From Nitrospira japonica (GTDB lineage Bacteria; Nitrospirota; Thermodesulfovibrionia; Thermodesulfovibrionales; SM23-35), in the NCBI GenBank assembly GCA_020725385.1, contig DYFC01000054.1, forward strand, positions 138 to 64,137: a stretch of DNA of 64,000 nucleotides, in the 5' to 3' direction. Positions 51,905 through 60,791 of this stretch are shown here, in pieces. Every line of letters begins with the position of its first letter. Positions within the stretch are counted from its first letter, which is position 1. The notes beneath the pieces were generated by a model. It was not told the origin of the DNA, did no database searches, and saw only the letters and a list, made by a program, of their open reading frames with translations. A program made the translations under genes and the position numbers.

Positions 51905-52744
51905 TTGCTGAAATATCATAAAATATATCTTGGAAATCTTTGTAATAATAAATGTATTCACTGCATTTCTAAAAACATATCTCCTAAATATAATTTGGAT
52001 ACTGTTTTAAATTCTTCAGAAAAAATAGAAAACATCTTACTTTACGGCGGTGAGCCAACTTTAAGAACAGATATTTTACTAATAATCCAGAACCTTGTTA
52101 AGTCCGGAGCTAAAAGAATAAAAATTCTTACCAATGGTCGTGTTCTCTCGGATATTAATAATCTATACAGACTAGTTGATGCAGGGTGTTTTCTATTTGA
52201 AATAAAGTTATGGGGTTCAAATCCAATTGCTCATGATAAAATTACTCGTGTCTCAGGCAGCTTTCACGAGACCATCAATGGTCTTAATAATCTTACATCT
52301 ATTCAGGATAAATTTGTTGCTATGCGTATCCCTATTTGTAGAGATAATTATAGAGATATTCAGGATATGGTGATACTTTCAATAAATTTCGGTGCAAACC
52401 GGATAATTCTCAGTCATAATGATCCTAAACTTTCTTTTAAAGAAGTTTTACCTTTTGTATTCAATTCTATAAATATCAGCTTGTTTAACCGTACGTGGAT
52501 TCTGACAGAGAATTTCCCATTTTGTGTAATGAAAGGCTTTGAGAAACATATGAATGAAATTTATGAAGGCAAAGCTCTATTGTTTGATACAAATATTAAA
52601 TATAATGAAAAATGTTCTGTCTGTATTTTTAAAACAATATGTTCAGGAATCAATTCCGAATATATCAGAAATAATGGCATGGAGTTTTTACCTGTGATTG
52701 AAAGTAAATATTTTGATGATATCAGGCGGCTTTATGAATCCTAA
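51905..52744 (+). CDS. Radical SAM protein, HxsC-like
   Basis: CNNKCIHC, GGEPTL, TNGR, HD.IT...GSF, NFPFC, CSVC.....CSG. Confidence 0.8.
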   Translation: MLKYHKIYLGNLCNNKCIHCISKNISPKYNLDTVLNSSEKIENILLYGGEPTLRTDILLIIQNLVKSGAKRIKILTNGRVLSDINNLYRLVDAGCFLFEIKLWGSNPIAHDKITRVSGSFHETINGLNNLTSIQDKFVAMRIPICRDNYRDIQDMVILSINFGANRIILSHNDPKLSFKEVLPFVFNSINISLFNRTWILTENFPFCVMKGFEKHMNEIYEGKALLFDTNIKYNEKCSVCIFKTICSGINSEYIRNNGMEFLPVIESKYFDDIRRLYES

Positions 52745-54011
52745 AAAGAAAGTAGCTCTCATATCATTTAATTGGGCAAACCATTTTTCACTTGCTCTCG
52801 GCTATCTTAAAGCATACGCCTTAAAAGATGATTTAATAAGACAGAATATTGATATAGAGATAATTGATTTTGATACTGAAATTCTAAATGTTCAGCAGGT
52901 TATTTATTACTTATCACAAATAAGACCGGATCTGATAGGTTTTTCATGCTATTGCTGGAATATTTTGAAAGTACTTGATACAGCACGAATAATCAAAAAA
53001 TTATTTCCGGATACCAGGATTATTCTTGGCGGGCCTGAAGCAGGGCCTGCTGGGATAAAATATCTTACAGAAAATCCATTTATTGATATTGTTGTAAAAG
53101 GAGAAGGTGAAATAACTTTTTCAGAGGTGCTCAGAAATTCTTTGAGCAATTCAAGCCTAAGGGAAATACCGGGTATTTTATTCAGACAAAATGAAAGCAT
53201 TATTGAAAATCCTGACAGAGAACCAATTGAAAATTTGAGTGAAATTCCTTCTCCATATTTAGAGGGGATATTAACCCCAAAAGATAAAGTTACATATATT
53301 GAGACTTATCGAGGCTGTATTTTTAGATGTCATTATTGTTATGAAGGAAAGAACCTCCCAAAGCTTAGGTTTTTCCCTGAAGAAAGAGTAAAAAAAGAAA
53401 TAGAATTAATATTGAGCAACCCTGATATAAAAAGTTTTCACTTCATTGATACAGTTTTTAATTTAAAGAAAGAAAGACTCGAAAGGCTTGCCAATATGAT
53501 TGCCTCTGCTAATCGTTTCGGGAGTGAACTTAGAACCGTTGAGATTATTGCTGAATTTGTTGACGAAGAAACTGTATCCATGTTTAAAAAAGCAAATGTT
53601 AAAAGTGTTGAAACAGGCCCTCAAACTGTAAATGAGGATACATTAAAAATTGTTAATAGATTTTACAAGAGAGAGAAGTTCGAAAAAGCAGTAAGACTTC
53701 TTGAACAAAATGGAATTGAAGTAACCTCTGATCTTATTATCGGTCTGCCTGGCGATAACTTTTTTAAGTTTGTTAACTCGGCAAAAACAATCATTAACAT
53801 AAAGCCCTCAAATATTGTTTTCAGTATCTTGCATGTACTCCCTGGAACAATTCTTTATGAAAAGAGTGCAGAATTTAATTTAAAGTTTGATGATAAAGCA
53901 CCTCATCTAATCCTTGAATCTCCTGGATTTCCTTATGAAGATATTGATACAGCAGTGATAATGGCATATAGCATAGACAAAGAATACAATGTTAAAAAAC
54001 CTGATGGTTGA
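52734..54011 (+). CDS. Cobalamin-binding radical SAM protein
   Basis: LALGYL, GFSCYCWN, LGGPE, GEGE, PSPY, RGCIFRCHYC, IIGLPG; start MNPKK at 52734. Confidence 0.88.
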   Translation: MNPKKKVALISFNWANHFSLALGYLKAYALKDDLIRQNIDIEIIDFDTEILNVQQVIYYLSQIRPDLIGFSCYCWNILKVLDTARIIKKLFPDTRIILGGPEAGPAGIKYLTENPFIDIVVKGEGEITFSEVLRNSLSNSSLREIPGILFRQNESIIENPDREPIENLSEIPSPYLEGILTPKDKVTYIETYRGCIFRCHYCYEGKNLPKLRFFPEERVKKEIELILSNPDIKSFHFIDTVFNLKKERLERLANMIASANRFGSELRTVEIIAEFVDEETVSMFKKANVKSVETGPQTVNEDTLKIVNRFYKREKFEKAVRLLEQNGIEVTSDLIIGLPGDNFFKFVNSAKTIINIKPSNIVFSILHVLPGTILYEKSAEFNLKFDDKAPHLILESPGFPYEDIDTAVIMAYSIDKEYNVKKPDG

Positions 54012-54063
54012 TGATATTTATATAAAATTTGCTTTTTTTATGTTAAAGTGTGTAAATAAGATT

Positions 54064-54364
54064 ATGAGCCCTGTATTAAAAATAAAAAATCATGATGAAA
54101 GAAAAGAATTGATCTTTGAATTGGAATATCTTTTATCTTTAACAACTCGTCAAAGATTTGAAATGATGTTCAAAAAATCGGAAGAAATGAAAAAAAATGT
54201 TAAGAAAAAGTGGATACAGAAAAACTTCTAAAATTATTAAAAGAACATAAAGTTGACTTATTAAAATGAAGAAAGCGGCTGGTAGGGCAAAAGACATTGA
54301 AGATTTAAAGGTTTTAAAACAATTAAAAAGATTAAAAAAAACAAGCGATAATAAAATGAATTAA
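54064..54364 (+). pseudogene. Decayed small-protein + nucleotidyltransferase pair
   Basis: MSPVLK...LTTRQRFEMM with apparent frameshift in A8 run; GTG 54210 MDTEKLLKLLKEHKVD joined out of frame to LIKMKKAAGRAKDIEDLKVL (NTase C-terminus). Confidence 0.7.
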
Positions 54365-54371
54365 CTAAATT

Positions 54372-55052
54372 ATGAAACTTATATTATTTGACATAGATGG
54401 AACATTGATTGATTCTGGTGGAGCAGGAGTTCGCTCACTCAATCTTGCATTCAAAAAAGTTTTCTCTATTGAGAATGCATTTAAAGGTATCAGCATGGCT
54501 GGGAAAACAGATTCACAAATTATAAAGGAATGCTTGCAAAAACATGGCCTTTCAGAAAATGGAGAATTTGGAACAGTTATTGAAGCTTACTTATACCATC
54601 TAAGAATAGAAATTAATAACAATAAAAAACATGTTAAGCCGGGAATTTATGACATTTTAAATAGTTTAAGTCAAACAAAAAATGTTTCAACAGGTCTTCT
54701 TACAGGAAATATTGAAAAAGGTGCAAGAATAAAACTTGAACCTTTTAGACTTAATGAATTTTTTCCTACCGGTGCATTTGGTAGTGACCATGAGGATAGA
54801 AATCAACTTCTCCCGATTGCAGTAAAAAGGTTCACAAATCTTTATAAGACGGGTATAGACATAAAAAAATGCATGGTTATTGGTGACACTCCACGTGATG
54901 TTGAGTGTGCACATATTTATGGAGCTATTTCAATTGGTGTTGCAACAGGGCCTTACAGTATTGAAGAGCTTATTGAAGCAGGAGCGGATTATGTAGTACA
55001 GAACTTTTCTAAGCCTTATGATTTTTTAGAAACAATTTTTAATTTGATTTAA
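54372..55052 (+). CDS. HAD-superfamily hydrolase
   Basis: FDIDGTL, LTGN, IGDTPRD. Confidence 0.9.
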   Translation: MKLILFDIDGTLIDSGGAGVRSLNLAFKKVFSIENAFKGISMAGKTDSQIIKECLQKHGLSENGEFGTVIEAYLYHLRIEINNNKKHVKPGIYDILNSLSQTKNVSTGLLTGNIEKGARIKLEPFRLNEFFPTGAFGSDHEDRNQLLPIAVKRFTNLYKTGIDIKKCMVIGDTPRDVECAHIYGAISIGVATGPYSIEELIEAGADYVVQNFSKPYDFLETIFNLI

Positions 55053-55890
55053 AAAGCTTTTTGATTTTTTCAAGAATAGTTGTTTGAACTTTAACTTTCA
55101 AATACAAATCCCCTGATTCATCACCGTGCTCGCCACCCTTTCCCATACCTTTAAGTTTTATCTTTTGACCTTCTTTTATACCGGCTGGAATTTTTATCAT
55201 TATTTGGCGAGGATTGTCAGGATTAGAATAAAAGTAACTGACTTTGCCGCCTGCTAAAGCGATTTTCGGAGAAATAGTGATTTCATCTTCAATATCTTTT
55301 ACTTTTCCTGGTATCTCAAGACCGTATTTCTTTGCCAGGTTTTTCTGCATCGCTTTGATACCCTTAAGCAAGATTTTTGATAAAAAAGAAGGATTATTGT
55401 TTTCGATGTGTTCTGTTTTATATTGACGGTTTTTTAAAATATCTTCATATGGTCTTGATATATTTCCAAAAAAGAAAAATCCTTTTCCTGTAAATCCAGG
55501 ACCTTTAAACTGGAAAGTTCTGAACTGGTCCCCGTAAAAATTACTTTGTGTAAAAATATCTTCAGGTCTATTGAATCCAAATGCTCTACTAAATTCAGCA
55601 AAGATTTGATTAATATCAGAACCCCTGAATATATCCTGTTCAGAATAAGTCTGCCTGAATTTATCCCTTGCATTGAATCCAAAATTATGCCTATAAAAAT
55701 CGTACTCTTTTCTCTTTTTTTCGTCGGAAAGTACGGCATAAGCTTCGTTGAGTTCTTTCATCATTTCTTCATTGCCCGGATTTTTATCTGGATGATATTG
55801 GAAAGCAAGTTTACGGTAAGTCTTCTTTATTTCTTCAAAAGAAGCGTTTTCACTTACACCAAGAATTTTGTAATAATCCTTCTGTTCCAT
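55039..55890 (-). CDS. J-domain protein (CbpA-like, no Zn finger)
   Basis: [16 protein letters not shown]-rich linker, [14 protein letters not shown]...GDLYL. Confidence 0.88.
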   Translation of the reverse strand: MEQKDYYKILGVSENASFEEIKKTYRKLAFQYHPDKNPGNEEMMKELNEAYAVLSDEKKRKEYDFYRHNFGFNARDKFRQTYSEQDIFRGSDINQIFAEFSRAFGFNRPEDIFTQSNFYGDQFRTFQFKGPGFTGKGFFFFGNISRPYEDILKNRQYKTEHIENNNPSFLSKILLKGIKAMQKNLAKKYGLEIPGKVKDIEDEITISPKIALAGGKVSYFYSNPDNPRQIMIKIPAGIKEGQKIKLKGMGKGGEHGDESGDLYLKVKVQTTILEKIKKLFKSN

Positions 55891-55960
55891 GTAATTTTAT
55901 TTTACCTGAAAAATGCGGACTTAAAACAGAACATAAAAAAATGCGGACATTAAAAATTGG

Positions 55961-55990
55961 TAGCTTACCAGCTTGATAGCTTGAAAGCTT
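55961..55990. repeat. Octamer tandem array downstream of lpxI
   Basis: tagcttac cagcttga tagcttga aagctt. Confidence 0.65.
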
Positions 55991-56829
55991 TATAAACTTA
56001 GTTTTTCGGGGGAATAACCAACTATAGAAATACAGGCCTTCTGGGCTTCTTTTATAAAAAGTTCTTTTGAAAGGATTAGACTTTTATTAGCTTCTACTGC
56101 AAGTACACTCCCGCCGTATTCTTTTATTACATTTAATGTCTGTAAGCCTACAGCAGGAACATCAAATCTCATATCTTGCTCGGGTTTACTGACTTTTACA
56201 ACTACTGCTCCTTTACCCGCAAGCTTACATCCTCTTTTAATGGCTTCATCAGTTCCTTCTATTGCTTCAACTGCCATGACAGCGCAATTTTTTATGACTA
56301 CTGTCTGACCTATATCAAGTCTTCCAATTTCTTTTGCAATTTTCCATCCAAATTCAATGTCTTTCCATTCCTCTTTTGTGGGTTTGTTTTTAGTCAGTAT
56401 TCCTTCAGGCATTAAAATCTTTGTACTAAACTGAGTTATCTCAAGAAGTTTAATTCCTTCATTTGCAAGTTCATTAGTAATCGCAATCAAAATAGAATCA
56501 TCTTTTCTGTCTTTAAGAGAAAAGAGAAGTTTTACAGCTCTTAAATCAGGTGTGATTTTGCTTTTATAAAGAAGTGATTTTGAGACTTTTCCTGCCATAA
56601 CAGCTTCAGAAATTCCTGCTTTTTTTAAGGTCTCAATAAGTTTACCAAATTTTCCAACATTAACCCATTTTATTTCATCAACATATTTTGCAAGAGATTC
56701 GTCTGCCAAAGATTCAAGAGCAGCAGCAAAGACTGAATATCCCTGTGACTTTGCTTCAACAGCAATCGCAGCAGGAAGTTCACCATTACCAGCAATGATA
56801 CCGAGTTTTTTAGATGATTCGCTTTGCAT
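55990..56829 (-). CDS. lpxI: UDP-2,3-diacylglucosamine pyrophosphatase
   Basis: IIAGNGELP, DIGQ, EAIEGTD, KP.QDMRFDVP; follows lpxA. Confidence 0.93.
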   Translation of the reverse strand: MQSESSKKLGIIAGNGELPAAIAVEAKSQGYSVFAAALESLADESLAKYVDEIKWVNVGKFGKLIETLKKAGISEAVMAGKVSKSLLYKSKITPDLRAVKLLFSLKDRKDDSILIAITNELANEGIKLLEITQFSTKILMPEGILTKNKPTKEEWKDIEFGWKIAKEIGRLDIGQTVVIKNCAVMAVEAIEGTDEAIKRGCKLAGKGAVVVKVSKPEQDMRFDVPAVGLQTLNVIKEYGGSVLAVEANKSLILSKELFIKEAQKACISIVGYSPEKLSL

Positions 56830-56867
56830 TCTTTACTCTCTGCTCTATGCTCTTCGCTCTACGCTTT
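56826..56867. repeat. Heptamer tandem array at lpxI start
   Basis: Minus strand aaagcgt agagcga agagcat agagcag agagtaa agaATGc. Confidence 0.75.
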
Positions 56868-56921
56868 TTTTACATGTTTACTATGGTGACCACAATCGAT
56901 AGGTCATAGAATTTTTTAAAA

Positions 56922-57713
56922 TTAGTCTTCCTGTTTTCTACAAATCCCGCGTTTATTTTTTTGTATAAATTCAATTAAATGTTTAATCTCATCCGTATAG
57001 GGTAATTCTTCCTGCACTTTTTTAATAGCTTCTTTTAATGTATGTTTTTCCCTGAAAATAATTTTATAAGCCTTTTTGAGTTCGCTTATTGTCTGCTCTG
57101 AAAAGCCATGACGTTTCAATCCAATTGTATTCAAGCCATAGAGTCTTACTCTTGCACCTGAAGCAATTGTATATGGCGGAATATCCTGATTGATTCCGCT
57201 AAAACCGCCTACCATTGCATATGCTCCAATCCTTGTAAATTGATGAATCGCAGCAAGGCCACCTATTACAGCGTAATCTTCAACCTGAACATGTCCACCC
57301 AATGTAGCTACGTTTGCCATTATAATATTATTCCCGATCTTACAATCGTGTGCGATATGAACATAAGCCATTAAAAAATTATTGTTGCCGATTGTTGTTA
57401 CACCGTCTCCGGATACCGATGCTCTGTGAATAGTGATATATTCTCGAATTGTATTATTATTACCAATCTTAACAGATGTTTTTTCACCTTTATATTTTAA
57501 ATCCTGAGGAGGCAATCCAATACTTGTAAAAGGATATATGGTGCAATTTTCGCCTATTTCAACATTGCTTTCTATTACAACATTTGAGATAAGCTTTGTG
57601 CCCTTTTTTATATAGGCTCCTTCATTTACAATGCAGAATGGACCAATATTGACTTCATCTTCTATTTCTGCATGAGTATTAATAATAGCAGTGGGATGAA
57701 TTTCTTTTGGCAT
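56922..57713 (-). CDS. lpxA: UDP-N-acetylglucosamine acyltransferase
   Basis: IHPTA, hexapeptide repeats, PQDLKY, HIAHDC, HQF. Confidence 0.96.
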   Translation of the reverse strand: MPKEIHPTAIINTHAEIEDEVNIGPFCIVNEGAYIKKGTKLISNVVIESNVEIGENCTIYPFTSIGLPPQDLKYKGEKTSVKIGNNNTIREYITIHRASVSGDGVTTIGNNNFLMAYVHIAHDCKIGNNIIMANVATLGGHVQVEDYAVIGGLAAIHQFTRIGAYAMVGGFSGINQDIPPYTIASGARVRLYGLNTIGLKRHGFSEQTISELKKAYKIIFREKHTLKEAIKKVQEELPYTDEIKHLIEFIQKNKRGICRKQED

Positions 57714-57716
57714 ATT

Positions 57717-58151
57717 TTATATCTCCTTATCTGTAACCATAGCTGTAAATTCTGCTTCTGCAGCAATTTTATCATCAACTATCGCATTTCCTGTAAATTT
57801 CCAGACCTGACTTCTCTGGTGTAATATACTAACTTCAAGTTTCAATTGGTCGCCCGGAACAACTGGCTTTCTGAATTTAGCTTTCTCAATAGTCATAAAA
57901 TAAACTGTCTTGCCAGGGGTAACACCCGAACGAAAAGCCAGAATTCCGCCAACCTGGGCAAGGGCTTCTATAATCAAAACACCCGGCATGATTGGATTGC
58001 CTGGGAAATGACCCTGAAAAAATCCTTCATTTATAGTAACATTTTTTATTCCAACAGCTCTTTTGCCCGGTTCAAGTTCAATAATTTTATCAACCAGCAA
58101 AAAGGGATAACGATGCGGTAAAAGTTCTTGAATTTCTTTTGTATTAATCAT
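57717..58151 (-). CDS. fabZ: 3-hydroxyacyl-ACP dehydratase
   Basis: [26 protein letters not shown]. Confidence 0.97.
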   Translation of the reverse strand: MINTKEIQELLPHRYPFLLVDKIIELEPGKRAVGIKNVTINEGFFQGHFPGNPIMPGVLIIEALAQVGGILAFRSGVTPGKTVYFMTIEKAKFRKPVVPGDQLKLEVSILHQRSQVWKFTGNAIVDDKIAAEAEFTAMVTDKEI

Positions 58152-59170
58152 GGATTATTCCTCCCTTCAAGTTCTTTGAGCTTATCTTCCAGTTCCTTTA
58201 TTTTTTTATGCATTTCAGGAAGTTTCGCAAAAATTGTCTGCGCTTTGAGCCACTCTCTATGTGGTAAGGCAGGGGAACCTGAATAAACACCTTTTGGTAC
58301 ATTTCCCATAATTCCTGATTGTGCACCAATCATTGTCTGGGATTCAATTTTTGCATGATCAGCTACGCCGACCTGACCGCCGAGTGTTACATAATCTCCA
58401 ATTTCAGTACTGCCAGCTATCCCAACCTGGGCAATTATCAATGAATTCGAGCCAATTTTTACATTGTGAGCTATTTGGGAAAGGTTATCAATCTTTGTCC
58501 CTTTACCTATTATTGTGTTTCCCAAGGTTGCTCTGTCAATTGATACATTTGAGCCAATTTCAACATCATCTTCGATGATAACACCACCTACTTGAGGGAT
58601 TTTGTTGTGAACTCCATTATCAAATACATAACCAAAACCATCTGAGCCTATGACTGTGCCTGAATGAATAATTACTTTATTGCCAATTTCGATATTTTCT
58701 CTAACAGTAACATTTGGGTATATCAAACAGTTGTTGCCTATTTTTGTATTTTCTCCTATATATACAAAAGGGTATATAATCGTTTCATCTCCAATAACAG
58801 CGCCTTCACTTATGAAAACAGATGGGAAAATAGTCACATTATTACCAATAGTAGCTTTATCAGAGATAATTGCTGATTTACTAATTCCTTTATGAATGAA
58901 TGGTTTTACATAGAAGAACTCAAGAAGTTTTGCAAAGGCAAGATAGGGATTTGAAACTTTTAGCTGAGAAATGGAGATACCTTCAACTGGTTCTTTTACG
59001 ATTAATGCCGATGCTTTGCAATTACCAATTTCTTTGAGATATTTCTTAGATGATATAAAAGTTATATCACCCGGCTTAGCATCAAGTATCCCAGAGACGC
59101 CTGTGATTTCGAGTTCATGGTCTCCAAAGATTTCTCCGTTTACTAATTTTGCAATATCTTCAAGCTTCAT
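58148..59170 (-). CDS. lpxD: UDP-3-O-acyl-glucosamine N-acyltransferase
   Basis: GSDGFGY, IPQVG, KIDNL.QIAHN. Confidence 0.96.
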   Translation of the reverse strand: MKLEDIAKLVNGEIFGDHELEITGVSGILDAKPGDITFISSKKYLKEIGNCKASALIVKEPVEGISISQLKVSNPYLAFAKLLEFFYVKPFIHKGISKSAIISDKATIGNNVTIFPSVFISEGAVIGDETIIYPFVYIGENTKIGNNCLIYPNVTVRENIEIGNKVIIHSGTVIGSDGFGYVFDNGVHNKIPQVGGVIIEDDVEIGSNVSIDRATLGNTIIGKGTKIDNLSQIAHNVKIGSNSLIIAQVGIAGSTEIGDYVTLGGQVGVADHAKIESQTMIGAQSGIMGNVPKGVYSGSPALPHREWLKAQTIFAKLPEMHKKIKELEDKLKELEGRNNP

Positions 59171-59187
59171 AAGTAAGAAATTACCTT

Positions 59188-59985
59188 TTATTTTTGAGGA
59201 TTTTTTTCAATACCTGATGGAACAGGTTTTTTAGTTTCATCGTATTTTTTTATGAATAAATCCGTTATATCTATTTTTTCGTCTCCGTACAAGATTTGAC
59301 CTTTATCGAGTATCAAAGTATATTTTTCTTTTTCGCCAATAATACTTGATAATGTTAGAATTTCATGAAGCATATTGGTATAGAGTTCATCATATTTAGA
59401 TTCGAGTTCTTTTTCAGAGTCCTGTCCGAATCTTTCAAGCTCTGTCTCGAGTCTGTCTATTTCTTCAAATTTTTTCTTCAAAGCAGCTTCAGTTAAACCA
59501 GCTTTCTGAATCTCAAGATTAAACCTTAGATTATCAATAGATTTTCTCTTTTCATCGATGACTTCCTGTTTTAATTTAGCCAAAGAATTATATTCATCAG
59601 TTGCTTTTCTACCTGCAATGGACTCTTCGGCAACTTTCTGCAAATCAATAACTCCGAGTTTAAATATATCCTCTGCTGTAATTTCAGATTCCTTTTTTAT
59701 TTGCGATTCTTTTAATGGTGATTCAGCAGGTTTTTCAGATGGTTCAATGATTTCTGTTTTAGATGGATGTTCTTCAATAACTTCTTTCATTTGTACGGGT
59801 GGTTCTTGTACTTTTACATTTTCTACTTTAGTAGTCTCTTTTGGAGCTTCCAAGATAACATTAGTTTCAACAGGTTTCTTGCTTTTGGAAGAACAACCTG
59901 ATGAAAGCAAACTCAAGCTTAGAAATATTATTAATGCTGCAAATATATTCATTATTGTTTTATTTTTCTTAAAATTAAATCTCAT
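59188..59985 (-). CDS. OmpH/Skp-domain lipoprotein with long charged linker
   Basis: Lipobox-like LSSGC, P/E/K-rich linker, [10 protein letters not shown]...ES.AG...YTLILD...DITD. Confidence 0.75.
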   Translation of the reverse strand: MRFNFKKNKTIMNIFAALIIFLSLSLLSSGCSSKSKKPVETNVILEAPKETTKVENVKVQEPPVQMKEVIEEHPSKTEIIEPSEKPAESPLKESQIKKESEITAEDIFKLGVIDLQKVAEESIAGRKATDEYNSLAKLKQEVIDEKRKSIDNLRFNLEIQKAGLTEAALKKKFEEIDRLETELERFGQDSEKELESKYDELYTNMLHEILTLSSIIGEKEKYTLILDKGQILYGDEKIDITDLFIKKYDETKKPVPSGIEKNPQK

Positions 59986-60124
59986 AGTTTAAAAATAGAA
60001 AGTAATAAAGTATGCGGCTTGATAATGCATTTATTGTTCTCAAAACGTGAAACGTAACAACTAATATACTGTCATTCTGTGTCCCTCTGGTTAATCCAAA
60101 GGTAGATTTTACTTGAGGAACCGA

Positions 60125-60196
60125 TCATACCACAACTTGATTGTGGTATCCAGAGAAAAGAGCTTCTAGATTACCCGATTAAATCGGGTAATGACA
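60125..60196. repeat. Pair of REP-like palindromes
   Basis: TCATACCACAActtgaTTGTGGTATCCAG and CTAGATTACCCGATtaaATCGGGTAATGACA; same loop and ends as the 705-818 cluster. Confidence 0.75.
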
Positions 60197-60251
60197 AATT
60201 GGAACACGGTATCGACATTTCAAATAACATTTTACTAGTTTATTTTGAATT

Positions 60252-60773
60252 CTATTTCTTTAGTTCATTGAATTTCTTGAGTACTGTGTCTGTAATATCA
60301 ATAACTTTGTTTGAGTAAAGTATTACAGTTGCAGGAAGAATCAGGGTGTAATCTCCTTCTTTGCCAATTTTCTGTATGATATTAACAAGGTCATTTAATA
60401 TTGAATTTTCCATTTCTCTCTGTTTTTTTGCAAGTTCTGCCTCTGAATCAGAAACAAATCTTCTAATATCTCTATCCATTTTTTCGAGTTCTTCGACCTT
60501 TGACTTTTTTGCTTCATCAGAGAGAATGTTTTGTTGTTTCTTTAATTCTTCGTCAAGTTTCTTTGCAGTGTTTACCATTTTTTCGAGTTCTTTTTCTTTT
60601 GATGATTTTAGTGATTCAAGAGTGCTTCTTACTTTTTTGGATTCATCAGATTGCTCTAATACTTTTTGAATATCAACATAACCTATTTTTATCATATCTG
60701 CTGCAGAAGCAAAACTACATAAGAATAAAGAAATAATAATTGATGTGCATAACAAAAGTTTTCTATTTTTCAT
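60252..60773 (-). CDS. skp: Periplasmic chaperone Skp/OmpH
   Basis: Signal peptide, KIGYVD, coiled coil, DITD; follows bamA. Confidence 0.9.
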   Translation of the reverse strand: MKNRKLLLCTSIIISLFLCSFASAADMIKIGYVDIQKVLEQSDESKKVRSTLESLKSSKEKELEKMVNTAKKLDEELKKQQNILSDEAKKSKVEELEKMDRDIRRFVSDSEAELAKKQREMENSILNDLVNIIQKIGKEGDYTLILPATVILYSNKVIDITDTVLKKFNELKK

Positions 60774-60791
60774 TTTTCCTCCTGAAAAAAA

